DNA of 61,276 nucleotides from a virus (lineage: Duplodnaviria; Caudoviricetes), in the IMG/VR virus record IMGVR_UViG_3300024262_000031, positions 1-61,276 of that record, one strand, 5' to 3'. How positions within the stretch are numbered: the stretch's first letter is position 1; each line of letters opens with the position of its first letter. Made by a program: the position numbers and the translations under genes. Below the pieces are notes generated by a model, which did no database searches, was not told the origin of the DNA, and saw only the letters and a program-made list of their open reading frames with translations. Below are positions 8,867 through 19,073 of the stretch, piece after piece.

Positions 8867-11620
8867 TTATTCATACAAGAAAGCTAATCCAGCACCAAAC
8901 AGATTAAGTCCGATATCGTATTGCATAAAGAAGTCACTATAGTTTGTCCCATCAGTCCATGTGGTAGTACCATTAGCAGCCAAAGACCCATCGGGACTAA
9001 TGCTATGGAAGAATGTTCCCAATGAAGATACTGGACTGCCTTCTATAGCACTATTTGTAATTGTGGTAGTCTGTAGATCAATTGAACTTAATCCAGCGCT
9101 ACCAATAGTTCCAAATTCAAAAGGCTCGCCCGTTGAATAGTCTACTGCCGAAGTAACCCCACTCTCAGGCCCTAACAGATTAGGATCAAGAGTCACAACG
9201 TCAGCTACTTCTGGAGTACCAGGGCTTACATCACCTGTATCAGAGGGTTTAGGATCACCTCTATCCTGATATCGACGTTCACCTATGCCGTAGGGATTCT
9301 GGTTTCCATATTGGACATATCGTACATCAAAATCATCCCCAACCCAACCCCCGGCATCGTCGCCCGGAGATTCATTCTCCACGTCATCGGGGGCGGGAAA
9401 ACGTAGTGTTTCGTCTACGTCAGCAGGATATGCAAAATCGTATGTTGTCATTTGGCCAGCTTTAACGGGACACCAACAATCAAAATCAATGGTTTTGGTA
9501 TCTGAATTATATGAGGCTTGTTCAGCTATCGCAAGGACATTGGCGGACGCTATGTATGGATGACTAAAGGCCAATGTCACTCCATCTAGGGGTTCTACGT
9601 TCAATAGATTGAGTGAGGTACTAAACCTTGCTCGCTTCCAAGTGTTGGAATATCGTATCAACCAAAAAGTTCCACTCTTGATGACGGCGTCTGCAAAATT
9701 GTAGATGTAAAAATCAAATTCCTGACTCTGTTTACCATACTTACTAATGTTGTGGCGTAGTACAATTCGGTTAGGTTCAGATTGAGCCCCGGTCGCTGTC
9801 CACTTGCAATCCATCTCAGTGATTAGACTTTCAGTAGGTGTAAGATCAAGCTCAAATGTTCCTAAGTCAATATCAGACTCGGTAACTGTCCCAGCCGACG
9901 TTGGTACCTCTGGCAAGTATGTCAAATAAAACACGTCATTGATAAGACGAATCGAACAACGGGCCTGCCAGGCTATCTCTCTGAGAACGGTTAGAAGATT
10001 GGTCTTCTTCTGATAAATGAAATGACTCGGGTAGCTAGCAAGTCTAGTTTTAACATGGTTAAAAGATGTAGTATTATAGGTCAACTCTGTATAAGTATCA
10101 ATGAGATACTCCATTATATCTACTGTATTTGGACCTACGGTAGATTCAAATGTAACATAGAGTTCATTTTCCCAACCACCGTCACCTAACATTGCCATGT
10201 TCGTAACGGTTTTAACTATGGTAGCCGAGATTGATCCATAAGTCTCCACAGAGACAGTGTAATAATCTGATGGGAGATCAACCAATTCCCTAACACCACC
10301 CTTGTCACCAGTTTTTCGATAGGCAGATACTTTGAGGACTGTACCAGGGGTGATACTTATGATAAACTGCTGTGGATCAACCGTATAGAGTTGTACTTCC
10401 GATCCTGATTTAGCATAAAAGTAGTCGAGATTGCTTCCACCTATTGAACCGGACGGTGTAAAGACCTGACTAGTAGACCACTTGGTAGTTACACTTTTGT
10501 ACTCACCTATCATATAAGGCCAGTCAAAGTCTTGCCAGGTAACCAGGTCAACTAATTTAGGATGTAAGCCCCAAGTCCATGTCGTAATGACATTTCCATA
10601 TCCATCTCCTATAACGTAAGAGTGAACATCTGGAATAAATGTATCGCTATCCCCGTCAAAATGACCGGGGAATAACGCCTGGTTAATCCTGAGCGTGATA
10701 TTACCTCTAGGAAATTGTTCCCCACCTATAACACGCCATGCCTCTAATTCTGTGGCATGTTGTTCGCCTACAATATTCAAGGCATCAATACGTTGAGATA
10801 AAAACGTATCAGCACGGGCTCGATGGGATTGAGCTTTTCGCAACGCTGCGTCCGCATTTTGATAGGATTGACTCCCTGAACCCACTGCCGCTGTTTCCAG
10901 ATCGTCACCTTCTGACATATAATCGGTGTAAATTCCATCCCATCGTAAACCTTCTGTTACATTATAGTTTTGATTTATTAGGTAATAGAATTGACGAAAA
11001 TCAAGTGCAAAATCCCGGATAGCAACACCAGTCCTTAGAATACCAGTTGTAGCCTGCGTGACTTGTAAACCTTGAACATTGACACACGTTCCAAAACACA
11101 TTGGCCAAGGTTGACCAATAACATCGGATGACAGAAATTCAAATTGACCTTCTTCCGGCGAGAAGCCAACTTCTTTATCTTCGAGTGCTGTAATGATAGA
11201 AAAACTAACTGTCCGGTCTCCTTCTTTCCACGTAATCGGGGAACTTACAACACCTTTGAATAACAAAAAGAGATCACTCCAATCCAAACCCTCAAACCAC
11301 TGATAAACCCAAGCCTCTCGTTTATGGATATCATGGGTGTCCATAATAGTTTTGATCGAGCCATTCGTATCGTCTAGGATAACGTCAAGCTCTTGTGAAT
11401 CAGCACTTGAAGACACATTGATGACAGCATCAAGCTCACCAACATCCAGGATTCTACCAGGTATTGCTTGTGGGGCACCATACCAACCAAGAGGTATATC
11501 CTTGTCCGCGTACCAATAGAGCGTACCACCCGATACCCATCTAACCGCAATGAGATTGATAGGCTCATTACCAAGCTTGTTTGTGATAGCGGCGATGGCA
11601 TTTGCTGATAAATTTCTCAT
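8867..11620 (-). CDS. large tail tip / baseplate hub protein
   Basis: 917 aa downstream of Dit-like genes; hub-like N-terminus and IGQPWPMCFG motif. Confidence 0.7.
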   Translation of the reverse strand: MRNLSANAIAAITNKLGNEPINLIAVRWVSGGTLYWYADKDIPLGWYGAPQAIPGRILDVGELDAVINVSSSADSQELDVILDDTNGSIKTIMDTHDIHKREAWVYQWFEGLDWSDLFLLFKGVVSSPITWKEGDRTVSFSIITALEDKEVGFSPEEGQFEFLSSDVIGQPWPMCFGTCVNVQGLQVTQATTGILRTGVAIRDFALDFRQFYYLINQNYNVTEGLRWDGIYTDYMSEGDDLETAAVGSGSQSYQNADAALRKAQSHRARADTFLSQRIDALNIVGEQHATELEAWRVIGGEQFPRGNITLRINQALFPGHFDGDSDTFIPDVHSYVIGDGYGNVITTWTWGLHPKLVDLVTWQDFDWPYMIGEYKSVTTKWSTSQVFTPSGSIGGSNLDYFYAKSGSEVQLYTVDPQQFIISITPGTVLKVSAYRKTGDKGGVRELVDLPSDYYTVSVETYGSISATIVKTVTNMAMLGDGGWENELYVTFESTVGPNTVDIMEYLIDTYTELTYNTTSFNHVKTRLASYPSHFIYQKKTNLLTVLREIAWQARCSIRLINDVFYLTYLPEVPTSAGTVTESDIDLGTFELDLTPTESLITEMDCKWTATGAQSEPNRIVLRHNISKYGKQSQEFDFYIYNFADAVIKSGTFWLIRYSNTWKRARFSTSLNLLNVEPLDGVTLAFSHPYIASANVLAIAEQASYNSDTKTIDFDCWCPVKAGQMTTYDFAYPADVDETLRFPAPDDVENESPGDDAGGWVGDDFDVRYVQYGNQNPYGIGERRYQDRGDPKPSDTGDVSPGTPEVADVVTLDPNLLGPESGVTSAVDYSTGEPFEFGTIGSAGLSSIDLQTTTITNSAIEGSPVSSLGTFFHSISPDGSLAANGTTTWTDGTNYSDFFMQYDIGLNLFGAGLAFLYE

Positions 11621-11628
11621 GGTTCCCT

Positions 11629-12039
11629 CTATACAATCAACTCGATATAGGCACGGACTGCCTCAAATTCTATGGACAGTGTAATCATTTCACCATTAGG
11701 ATATCTTCGTGATTTCCAAGGCCCTGTAAAGTCGAGTTCTATTGGACTTGTCATAAAATTACCTACCCAAATACGATCTAAATGATCTTGAATCTTGATT
11801 TTGGACGCTGCATATGAACGATAGAATTCCATAATTTCCAAGCCCTTCATCCTGGTGATTTGAAAATTAAACACTAAACGAACACGACCGTCTTTGCTTT
11901 TGACATACGTGTATAATGTTCCATCCATAGACCGTTTTGTTTGAACCTCTGCTCGAAGATTATCACTGTCACCCAACACCGGATTAGGGAGCAACGATGT
12001 TGTTTGAATACTAGGCCATGGTGCGCCAAGATAAAACAT
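11629..12039 (-). CDS. distal tail (Dit-like) minor tail protein
   Basis: KRSMDGTLYTYVK...LVFNF pattern; similar to the C-terminal domain of 12781..14424. Confidence 0.65.
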   Translation of the reverse strand: MFYLGAPWPSIQTTSLLPNPVLGDSDNLRAEVQTKRSMDGTLYTYVKSKDGRVRLVFNFQITRMKGLEIMEFYRSYAASKIKIQDHLDRIWVGNFMTSPIELDFTGPWKSRRYPNGEMITLSIEFEAVRAYIELIV

Positions 12040-12049
12040 GTTATCCCCT

Positions 12050-12778
12050 TTAGAAGGTATACTTGAACAAATCTATGTCTTCTTCAAATCGTTTCGCAAC
12101 CAAATGTTGCGTGTGGATATTGTAGTAAATCTTGTAAGGTTTATGGACTGACTGATTGGTATGGGCTAAGGGTGCTTCAATACCCAAGATGCGTTGGATG
12201 TTAGTCCAGTCCTTGTTGAGCGTTTCAAATTTACCTATATAGTCAGGCAGCCATAATCCCTTGGGGCGTAGCCAGTCTACTAAGCGGTTAGCCTGATAAA
12301 GTCCTCGAATATTGGTAAGCCCGGGTCGCTCATAATTACCACTAACAACTCGATTGATATAAGTATCAAAATCAAGTTCCTTCTTCAATCCAAGCCAGTG
12401 ATACAGCGAGACTAAGCGATCCCATGGGTTGCGAACGAATGCAAACTTAAAAGACTCGTCAACCCATTGCTGTGTTATAAAACCCTTTTGTACTAGCGAG
12501 GGTATATGACTATGATAAAATGTTACGCTTGTAAGATCAAGGCTGAAATCCTTGTGTTCATTTTCAAGGGCTCTGTAACGAGGACCATAAGCATTCGATA
12601 AAGCACGACTGATACTCATTCCTGCAACTTTAGGCATCCAGAGAAAGAGAACTTTCTGCTCCGGTAGCACTGGTGGTACTTTAGGATTTAATGGTGCGGA
12701 TTCGCAATCGGGATATATCTCTAAGGATATCCGTGTGGGTTTCCGTACTTTGGCTATTGTAATATATTGCTTGGGCAT
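12050..12778 (-). CDS. sulfotransferase family 2 protein
   Basis: 5'-PSB-like FLWMPKVAGMSI, 3'-PB FAFVRNPWDRLVSLY, DYIGKFETL..DW, and C-terminal ..ED..LF.Y.F. Confidence 0.85.
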   Translation of the reverse strand: MPKQYITIAKVRKPTRISLEIYPDCESAPLNPKVPPVLPEQKVLFLWMPKVAGMSISRALSNAYGPRYRALENEHKDFSLDLTSVTFYHSHIPSLVQKGFITQQWVDESFKFAFVRNPWDRLVSLYHWLGLKKELDFDTYINRVVSGNYERPGLTNIRGLYQANRLVDWLRPKGLWLPDYIGKFETLNKDWTNIQRILGIEAPLAHTNQSVHKPYKIYYNIHTQHLVAKRFEEDIDLFKYTF

Positions 12779-12780
12779 TG

Positions 12781-14424
12781 TTAGCCCCCACTTGTTAATT
12801 CAAATGACAAAGATGCCGACAGATTACAAGTATCGCGGTTACGAACAATCGGTTCTTCCGTTGATGTAATAACACCTAACCATTCTTGTCCTTCCCAATC
12901 TCGGAGTTTTACTTCTTTCCCTAACGACGTGGTAACAAAGTCTAACAAGTCTTGTCCTTCGATTTCGGTTAAGCCAATAAACTGAAATTCGAGTTGCTTT
13001 ACCTGGGGCCAAATGGGATCAGCATACACTGTGAGGGTGCCACCACGGGTCTCTCGATTGATCCGGTGTGGTGACAAACGCTCTCTATTTCCTAGCTCGG
13101 GACCACGTAGTGTCAGAACCTCGGTAGGTGTCGTCACAGGGTACGAGAGTTCGATGTTATTGTTGGTATAAGCTAGGGTGGGTGGTGTCACTGACGGCGG
13201 CTCAGGGGCATCTGGGTCGGTTGTAGAGCCTACAGAAGGGGCATAGTCACAGAATGTGGTATCCTGAATAAATACAAATCCAAGAGTTGATTTTGCATTG
13301 ATGATATTACTGGCTGCCCGATTATAGACGACGGAAACACTAACCGATTGTCCCAATTCTAAGGTATTACCGGCTGATAACAGGGTTGGACGCGAGCCAA
13401 TAACATGCACAACAGAGGCCGTGGAAGTCATTTCAGTATACACTGAGTTCCAGTACCCACTTACAGCATCATACGAACGGGATTCCCAGCCTGTTAAAAC
13501 ACTCCCTGCTGTCATCCTAAATGACCCGGGTGTGGTAGCTATTTGAATATCAATGGTGTTACCAACTGACCGACTTAGAATCTTTTGAACCGATACACTT
13601 TGATTCACTCCAATTGTATTGCTTGCAAATGGATGTGAGGATGGCCAACCCTCGTGATCAATTCCAATGTCACTTTCTACACTGCGATTAAGTACTTTTT
13701 GAACCGAGACACTTTGCCCCAAAGATAATACGGACGAGACCCCCAGGGTCACATCAACATCGAGAGTTTGTCCAAGACTCAAAGTACTAATGGCAGTTCC
13801 AAAACGAGTACGAGTGGTCGTAACGTCTTGTGACATGGAGAGAGTATTATCCGCATCTTCCATATGCTGGTTGTTTTCGATGCCTTGTCCAAGACTAATA
13901 GTGTTACCGACACTGGGATACCGAACAACACTTACAGAAACCTCTTGCCCGAGGGTTAGGATACTCTCTGCCGTCTCCTGCTTAAAAACAGACTGTCCGA
14001 GTATGAGAGCATTACCAACCGAAAGGTTACGAACAACTGATAATCCAACGTCCTGTATAATCCCAAGAGTATTTCCAGCACTTACAAATAGGGTATGACT
14101 AACTAACGCTTCCTGAGATATAGAAAGCGTATTATCAGCGTCTTCCATGTGCTGGTTTGTGTCTGTACCCTGATTCAGGGGTATTGTATTTCCAGCCGAG
14201 AGACTACGTACGTGAACGACACTAACACTTTGCCCTACGCCTATCGTGTTTCCAGCTACCTCGGGCGTGATTCTTGTAAGATACTCAACACTAAGGTTAT
14301 GAACACGTAATTTACCATTCTGCGCAGCACCAGCCACCATGACAGCTTGACCACCAACTCGAAGCTGGGTAGCCAAACGTCCGATAACTTCAACTTGCTG
14401 ACGAGATAGCCTTACATTGGCCAT
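12781..14424 (-). CDS. tail protein with about 20-aa beta-strand repeats and a C-terminal Dit-like domain
   Basis: Repeats of the SAGNTI.L.Q.VSV type; C-terminus RETRGGTLTVY...LEFQF...DWEGQEW. Confidence 0.75.
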   Translation of the reverse strand: MANVRLSRQQVEVIGRLATQLRVGGQAVMVAGAAQNGKLRVHNLSVEYLTRITPEVAGNTIGVGQSVSVVHVRSLSAGNTIPLNQGTDTNQHMEDADNTLSISQEALVSHTLFVSAGNTLGIIQDVGLSVVRNLSVGNALILGQSVFKQETAESILTLGQEVSVSVVRYPSVGNTISLGQGIENNQHMEDADNTLSMSQDVTTTRTRFGTAISTLSLGQTLDVDVTLGVSSVLSLGQSVSVQKVLNRSVESDIGIDHEGWPSSHPFASNTIGVNQSVSVQKILSRSVGNTIDIQIATTPGSFRMTAGSVLTGWESRSYDAVSGYWNSVYTEMTSTASVVHVIGSRPTLLSAGNTLELGQSVSVSVVYNRAASNIINAKSTLGFVFIQDTTFCDYAPSVGSTTDPDAPEPPSVTPPTLAYTNNNIELSYPVTTPTEVLTLRGPELGNRERLSPHRINRETRGGTLTVYADPIWPQVKQLEFQFIGLTEIEGQDLLDFVTTSLGKEVKLRDWEGQEWLGVITSTEEPIVRNRDTCNLSASLSFELTSGG

Positions 14425-15479
14425 TACTCAACCCCCACGCCAAATTTAGCAGCATTTAATTTGTCAATAGTCCAAGCATTGCTTGTCTCTGGGTCATCTT
14501 CAAAGACAAAACGATAATTACCCCCCAGATTATCACCGAATGTTTCATTAGCGGTAGCTTGTGTACCATTCGAGTCTGCAATCCCTTCCAATGTAAAATA
14601 GCCAACATCGGTGACAGCAGCATGAACATTAAGTTGCACACCAAGTACCGGCCAGGTAGAGGCATCAAGGGCATTTGCAAACGTGAATAAATCTACATCG
14701 TTAGCTGTATCACTTTCTACATAGTTAGCAGTATCAACTGGAATATTATTGACTTGATCGTAGTGATTTGCACCTGTTGAAGTCCAGTCAGTGATGTCAT
14801 CTCCGTCCGGAAGTAACACCCGCACCTTCACAGGTCCGAATGGTTCTTGAACATCACCAGTATTGTCATAGACATAGATATCGTCAATTTTAACATTGGT
14901 GTTAGACCAAGGTGTCCATAGATGGCCATAAGCGTTGTCACTATATGTTGGAACAGACGATGTATCTATGCCAATTTCGGACTCTATTAGTGTACCATCA
15001 AGATACAGTTTCCAATAACCATTAGGTGAGTCTGCGACTTTCCATTTAATTTCAATATAGTACCAAGTATTAGGTGCTATCAGACCTGTTGCAGTGGCTT
15101 TACTCCCACTCGCATAATAGACCGTAAATCCCCCGTCAGTCTTAGTATAAAGACTCATAACCCCACTATAATAATTCACACCCGGATTAAGCGCTCGATA
15201 CAAATAACCATTGGCAGAACGGCTACCCGAGTTCCAAGCAAATCCTACAATCAACTCTGATGAAACGGGGTCATGTGTATGAACGAGTTTATAACTTGTA
15301 CCACTCGATACAAAATCAAAACAAAGACCCTGACCCTCGTAAGCACTGTCACTTAGTTTAGCTGACGTGGCGGCACTAACATTAGACAATTTCTTGAGCA
15401 TAATGTCTTGTAGACTGCTGCCAGTATCTCCATTAGCACCGAAGGTTTCAAAGCCTTCAATTAACAATAAACCCGCCAT
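14424..15479 (-). CDS. LamG/concanavalin A-like virion protein, paralog 3
   Basis: LLIEGFE...NTWYYIEIK...LYLDGT...IDDIYV...LLPDGD...EDDPETSNAWT...FGV. Confidence 0.8.
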   Translation of the reverse strand: MAGLLLIEGFETFGANGDTGSSLQDIMLKKLSNVSAATSAKLSDSAYEGQGLCFDFVSSGTSYKLVHTHDPVSSELIVGFAWNSGSRSANGYLYRALNPGVNYYSGVMSLYTKTDGGFTVYYASGSKATATGLIAPNTWYYIEIKWKVADSPNGYWKLYLDGTLIESEIGIDTSSVPTYSDNAYGHLWTPWSNTNVKIDDIYVYDNTGDVQEPFGPVKVRVLLPDGDDITDWTSTGANHYDQVNNIPVDTANYVESDTANDVDLFTFANALDASTWPVLGVQLNVHAAVTDVGYFTLEGIADSNGTQATANETFGDNLGGNYRFVFEDDPETSNAWTIDKLNAAKFGVGVE

Positions 15480-15494
15480 GTCTAACTCCCTCGA

Positions 15495-16565
15495 TTAGAT
15501 AAATTTGACGCCAAATTGCGCTGCATCTATACCATTGGCATCCCATGCGTTAGAGGTGTCTGGATCAGTTTCGATGATCCGTTGAAATTGTTGCTCGTCC
15601 CCGGTACTCATTGAAGTATTGTTGGCTGTGAAATTAGCACTATCTTCTGTACCATTAGACGAGCATAGAATCGCAACTGTTTCCGACCCCGCTATGTCCA
15701 AGAATGCTCTCGTGTTTACTTGGAGACCAAAAATCTCAACCCATGTACCACTTAAATCTTCAAAGTTATAGAGGTCTTGTTCATTCGTTGTTCCAGATTC
15801 AACGTAGATACTTTCATTGGCAGTCTCTTCATTCACCATTGTGTAATTGTCACCATTGCCACTGGGTGTCCAGTCAGCATCGTCCCCATTGGCGTCTGGT
15901 AACAATCCTTGGACACAGAAGGCACCTAGTACATCGTTGTTTTGGCTACCAGTTAAATCACAGACATACCAATCACTATATCGTTCATAATAGTCTGAGT
16001 TTCTAAGGTAGGCCCTATTAACTGCAAATGTGCTATACTTAGTGTCTATATTTGTGTTAGAGCCAATTTCAACACCATTGACATATACATACCAGTAGCC
16101 AGTGGTATCATGAACCTTCCCTTTAAGTTCGATTAAATTCCAGCTATCGTACCCCTCAAGAACATTGGAAAGAGTGGTGTCAAGAGTCCCGTTCCTAACT
16201 TTGACACGAATATCACGTCCATTCATCTCAAGTTGAATATGTTCATAACTACCATTATTGATTGACATTAGAGGCCGCCATTTGGCAGTATAGTTACGTT
16301 CATAAGCATGGTGCCGATTTCTTACATATGCCCCCATAGCAAGTTCCTCGGGCTCGTCTGGAAGGAGTACAACAAACTGTCCTATACCACTGCCTGGATA
16401 AAATACCTTCTCCCCGCTAAAACGGTTATCATGTGATTCCAATATTCCACTACTTGTACTTGAACTCGCCCACTTGGCGGCAAAAAGAGTCGACCATGTG
16501 GGTGTCGAAGAGGGGCCAGTCCCTACAGCATAGCCATCCCAACCTTCTATTGCACGTAATACCAT
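15495..16565 (-). CDS. LamG/concanavalin A-like virion protein, paralog 2
   Basis: AIEGWD...WNLIELK...YVNGV...DWYVCD...LLPDANGD...ETDPDTSNAW...FGV. Confidence 0.8.
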   Translation of the reverse strand: MVLRAIEGWDGYAVGTGPSSTPTWSTLFAAKWASSSTSSGILESHDNRFSGEKVFYPGSGIGQFVVLLPDEPEELAMGAYVRNRHHAYERNYTAKWRPLMSINNGSYEHIQLEMNGRDIRVKVRNGTLDTTLSNVLEGYDSWNLIELKGKVHDTTGYWYVYVNGVEIGSNTNIDTKYSTFAVNRAYLRNSDYYERYSDWYVCDLTGSQNNDVLGAFCVQGLLPDANGDDADWTPSGNGDNYTMVNEETANESIYVESGTTNEQDLYNFEDLSGTWVEIFGLQVNTRAFLDIAGSETVAILCSSNGTEDSANFTANNTSMSTGDEQQFQRIIETDPDTSNAWDANGIDAAQFGVKFI

Positions 16566-17617
16566 TAGGCTACCTTTCTTATACCGAAAGAAGCTGAATT
16601 TATTCCGTTAGCTGTCCAAGCATTTGCTGTATCGGGATCATTTTCCCAAACGGCATCATCATGTGGCATCGGGTAATCTTTTTCTATACCTAACCCACGA
16701 GTTGCTGAGTAATATGTATTCCCTGACACACAAATGTGTTGCAATGGGCGTGGCATAGACGAGTCCGACCATGCTGAGGCGATGGCTTGCACCCCATGAA
16801 TGGTTGCATTGATTTTGGATAGATTTGGATAGGTCCAGATATCGTCGACATTTGCCCCATTGGCTTCAACATAATCTGTTACTTGCCAGAGATTCGAGCT
16901 ATTCACAAGCTCGTAATGGTTAGCCCCGCTACTAGGTGACCAATTTTGCGATCCATCGTCACCATTAGGTCGCAGTGTTTCAACTTTAATTGGACCTAGA
17001 AAATCATTGTTGTCGCTCCCAGTGTCATCACAAACGTAAATGTCATCAAAAGCAATATTGTTATCAACACCACCCAACATAAAGCTCCCCGGTGTATAGT
17101 CGGCGTGCTGAGTGTCCCTACCGGTAGTTGAATAAACAGCAGTGCCGTCTATATGAACCTCAATAGTCCCCGCTGTATTATGGTGATACATTTTGATTTC
17201 GATATAGTACCATCGGTTTGGTTTGAGAACTTTATTGCAAGCCTCCGGGTCGGGCCAACTAGTTCCACAGGCCATCAAACATCCTTCTATCAAATACAAT
17301 GATATTTGGGCGGAATCAGACGACGCAAAGACGGTAATCAACCCTGTAGTGAAAGGCGCTGTTTTCATAGCAAATCCGACAATCCACGTATCGGATTGTG
17401 AGGCATCAAATCTGGTCAGCCATATCTTGTTGTTTGCATCGGCATCCTGTATTCGTAACCCCAGGCCATGTCCGCCACGACCTGCAATTAAATCCCCATC
17501 TGGTGTACCGTAGATGATCCTTGTACCTTCATGACGACGTTGAAGGTCAGTATCCAGGGAAGTCCCTGTACGCCCTGAGTCACCATAATGGTCAAATCCT
17601 TCGAGTAGTCGAAGCAT
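16565..17617 (-). CDS. LamG/concanavalin A-like virion protein, paralog 1
   Basis: LLEGFD...NRWYYIEIK...HIDGT...FDDIYVCD...LRPNGD...ENDPDTANAWT...FGI. Confidence 0.8.
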   Translation of the reverse strand: MLRLLEGFDHYGDSGRTGTSLDTDLQRRHEGTRIIYGTPDGDLIAGRGGHGLGLRIQDADANNKIWLTRFDASQSDTWIVGFAMKTAPFTTGLITVFASSDSAQISLYLIEGCLMACGTSWPDPEACNKVLKPNRWYYIEIKMYHHNTAGTIEVHIDGTAVYSTTGRDTQHADYTPGSFMLGGVDNNIAFDDIYVCDDTGSDNNDFLGPIKVETLRPNGDDGSQNWSPSSGANHYELVNSSNLWQVTDYVEANGANVDDIWTYPNLSKINATIHGVQAIASAWSDSSMPRPLQHICVSGNTYYSATRGLGIEKDYPMPHDDAVWENDPDTANAWTANGINSASFGIRKVA

Positions 17618-17631
17618 AATTTACTTCCTAT

Positions 17632-17660
17632 TTGACTTTGGGGGTTTTATAGGTTATACT
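17632..17660 (+). promoter_or_regulatory. sigma70-type promoter of the HNH gene
   Basis: TTGACT-N17-TATACT followed by AGGAGG. Confidence 0.75.
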
Positions 17661-17796
17661 TAATATAGGAGGATGTTATGAAAGAACAATGGCGAGATGT
17701 CGTGAATTATGAGGGATTCTATCAGGTTATACTTAATATAAGAGGATGTTATGAAAGAACAATGGCGAGATGTCGTGAATTATGAGAATTTATATC
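17651..17796 (+). repeat. 73-bp imperfect tandem duplication of the -10 box, RBS and HNH 5' end
   Basis: AGGTTATACTTAATAT(A/G)..GGATGTTATGAAAGAACAATGGCGAGATGTCGTGAATTATGAG occurs at 17651 and 17724. Confidence 0.9.
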
Positions 17797-19019
17797 AGGT
17801 ATCGAATCTAGGTAGGGTTAAATCGGTTGATAGGATTATAACGAGTGAAGGACGATCTACACAGACCTTAAAAGGGCGAATGTTGAAAACATTTTTAATG
17901 GGAACCTACGGGCATTTAAGTGTTTCTTTATCTAAACAAGGTAAAATACAGAGACGATATGTTCACCAGCTTGTTGCTGAAGCATTTATTGGACCTCGTC
18001 CTAAAGGTTGTCAAGTTCGACATGGTTCAAAAGGTGTATTGGACAATTGTGTATCTAATCTTTGCTATGGGACCCCTAGTGAAGATGGACTTGATAGACG
18101 AAGGGACGGGACTCATGGTGGAAAAGCTGTTCGGAGGTCGGATGGTGTTGAATTTATAAACTTGAGTGAAGCTGCTGAAGTGACAGGGTGTGGCATTTCT
18201 GGCATCTCGTATGTTTGCAATGGTCATCGGAGATCATGTGGAGGATTTGGTTGGGAGTTTGTTGATAAAAATGAACAAACAGTGAGAGTCACTCAGCGAG
18301 AATCTAAACCTAAGATAACTGGATCAGGGGTTCGTGGTACTCGGGTTAAACGTAATGATGGTGTTATTTTTGATAATCTACGGCAAGCCGCAAAAGCTTC
18401 TAAATGCAATTCTGGAGACATTTGTTCTGTTTGTCGTGGTAAAAGAAAATCGGCTGGCGGTTTTACTTGGGCTTATGAGGAAACATCACTGACTAAACAA
18501 AATGAAGACTGGCGAGCTATTGAAGACTATGACGAGCTATATGAAGTATCAAATCTAGGGCGAGTAAGGTCAGTTGACCGGACTGTAATGACCAAGAATA
18601 ATAGAGTCATGAAATTAAAAGGTCAAATTCTTCAGTCGACATCTGGTCATCCTGATAATCCTTTACAAGTAGGTTTAACAAAGGACAGTGTTGCTAGTAC
18701 ACATACGGTTCATCAACTTGTCGCCACGGCTTTTCTAGGTTCGTGTCCCGATGGTCAACAGATTCGACATGGTTCTAAAGGGCGATTCGATAATTCAGTG
18801 TCTAATTTGTGTTACGGTACCCCCAAAGAAAATAGTCTCGATAAACGTCGTGACGGGACTCACCGTGGTCGAGCAGTTCGATGTATTAGTACAGGGGTTG
18901 AATTTATCAATCTCACGGTAGCCGCTGAAGAAACAGGATGTAATTCTAGTAGTGTTGGGAGAGTCTGTAAAGGAAAACAAAAGACTGCGAATGGCTTAAA
19001 ATTTGAATATCTAGATTAA
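17751..19019 (+). CDS. tandem double NUMOD4-HNH-NUMOD1 homing endonuclease
   Basis: Two copies of WR.....Y.VSNLGRV.S (NUMOD4), VHQLVA.AF.G......RH.....DN.VSNL.YGT (HNH) and NUMOD1-like C..K.K...G..W. Confidence 0.9.
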   Translation: MKEQWRDVVNYENLYQVSNLGRVKSVDRIITSEGRSTQTLKGRMLKTFLMGTYGHLSVSLSKQGKIQRRYVHQLVAEAFIGPRPKGCQVRHGSKGVLDNCVSNLCYGTPSEDGLDRRRDGTHGGKAVRRSDGVEFINLSEAAEVTGCGISGISYVCNGHRRSCGGFGWEFVDKNEQTVRVTQRESKPKITGSGVRGTRVKRNDGVIFDNLRQAAKASKCNSGDICSVCRGKRKSAGGFTWAYEETSLTKQNEDWRAIEDYDELYEVSNLGRVRSVDRTVMTKNNRVMKLKGQILQSTSGHPDNPLQVGLTKDSVASTHTVHQLVATAFLGSCPDGQQIRHGSKGRFDNSVSNLCYGTPKENSLDKRRDGTHRGRAVRCISTGVEFINLTVAAEETGCNSSSVGRVCKGKQKTANGLKFEYLD

Positions 19020-19030
19020 AAGAGTTGGCC

Positions 19031-19053
19031 GGGAAACCCTACGAGGGTTTCCC
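19031..19053. terminator. hairpin between convergent genes, putative bidirectional terminator
   Basis: GGGAAACCCT-ACG-AGGGTTTCCC. Confidence 0.6.
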
Positions 19054-19073
19054 AAACCAACCTGGCGAGGGAA

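Noticed and set aside
14424-17617. Invertible shufflon for receptor switching
   Set aside because: All three paralogs are complete and co-oriented; no recombinase or inverted crossover sites seen
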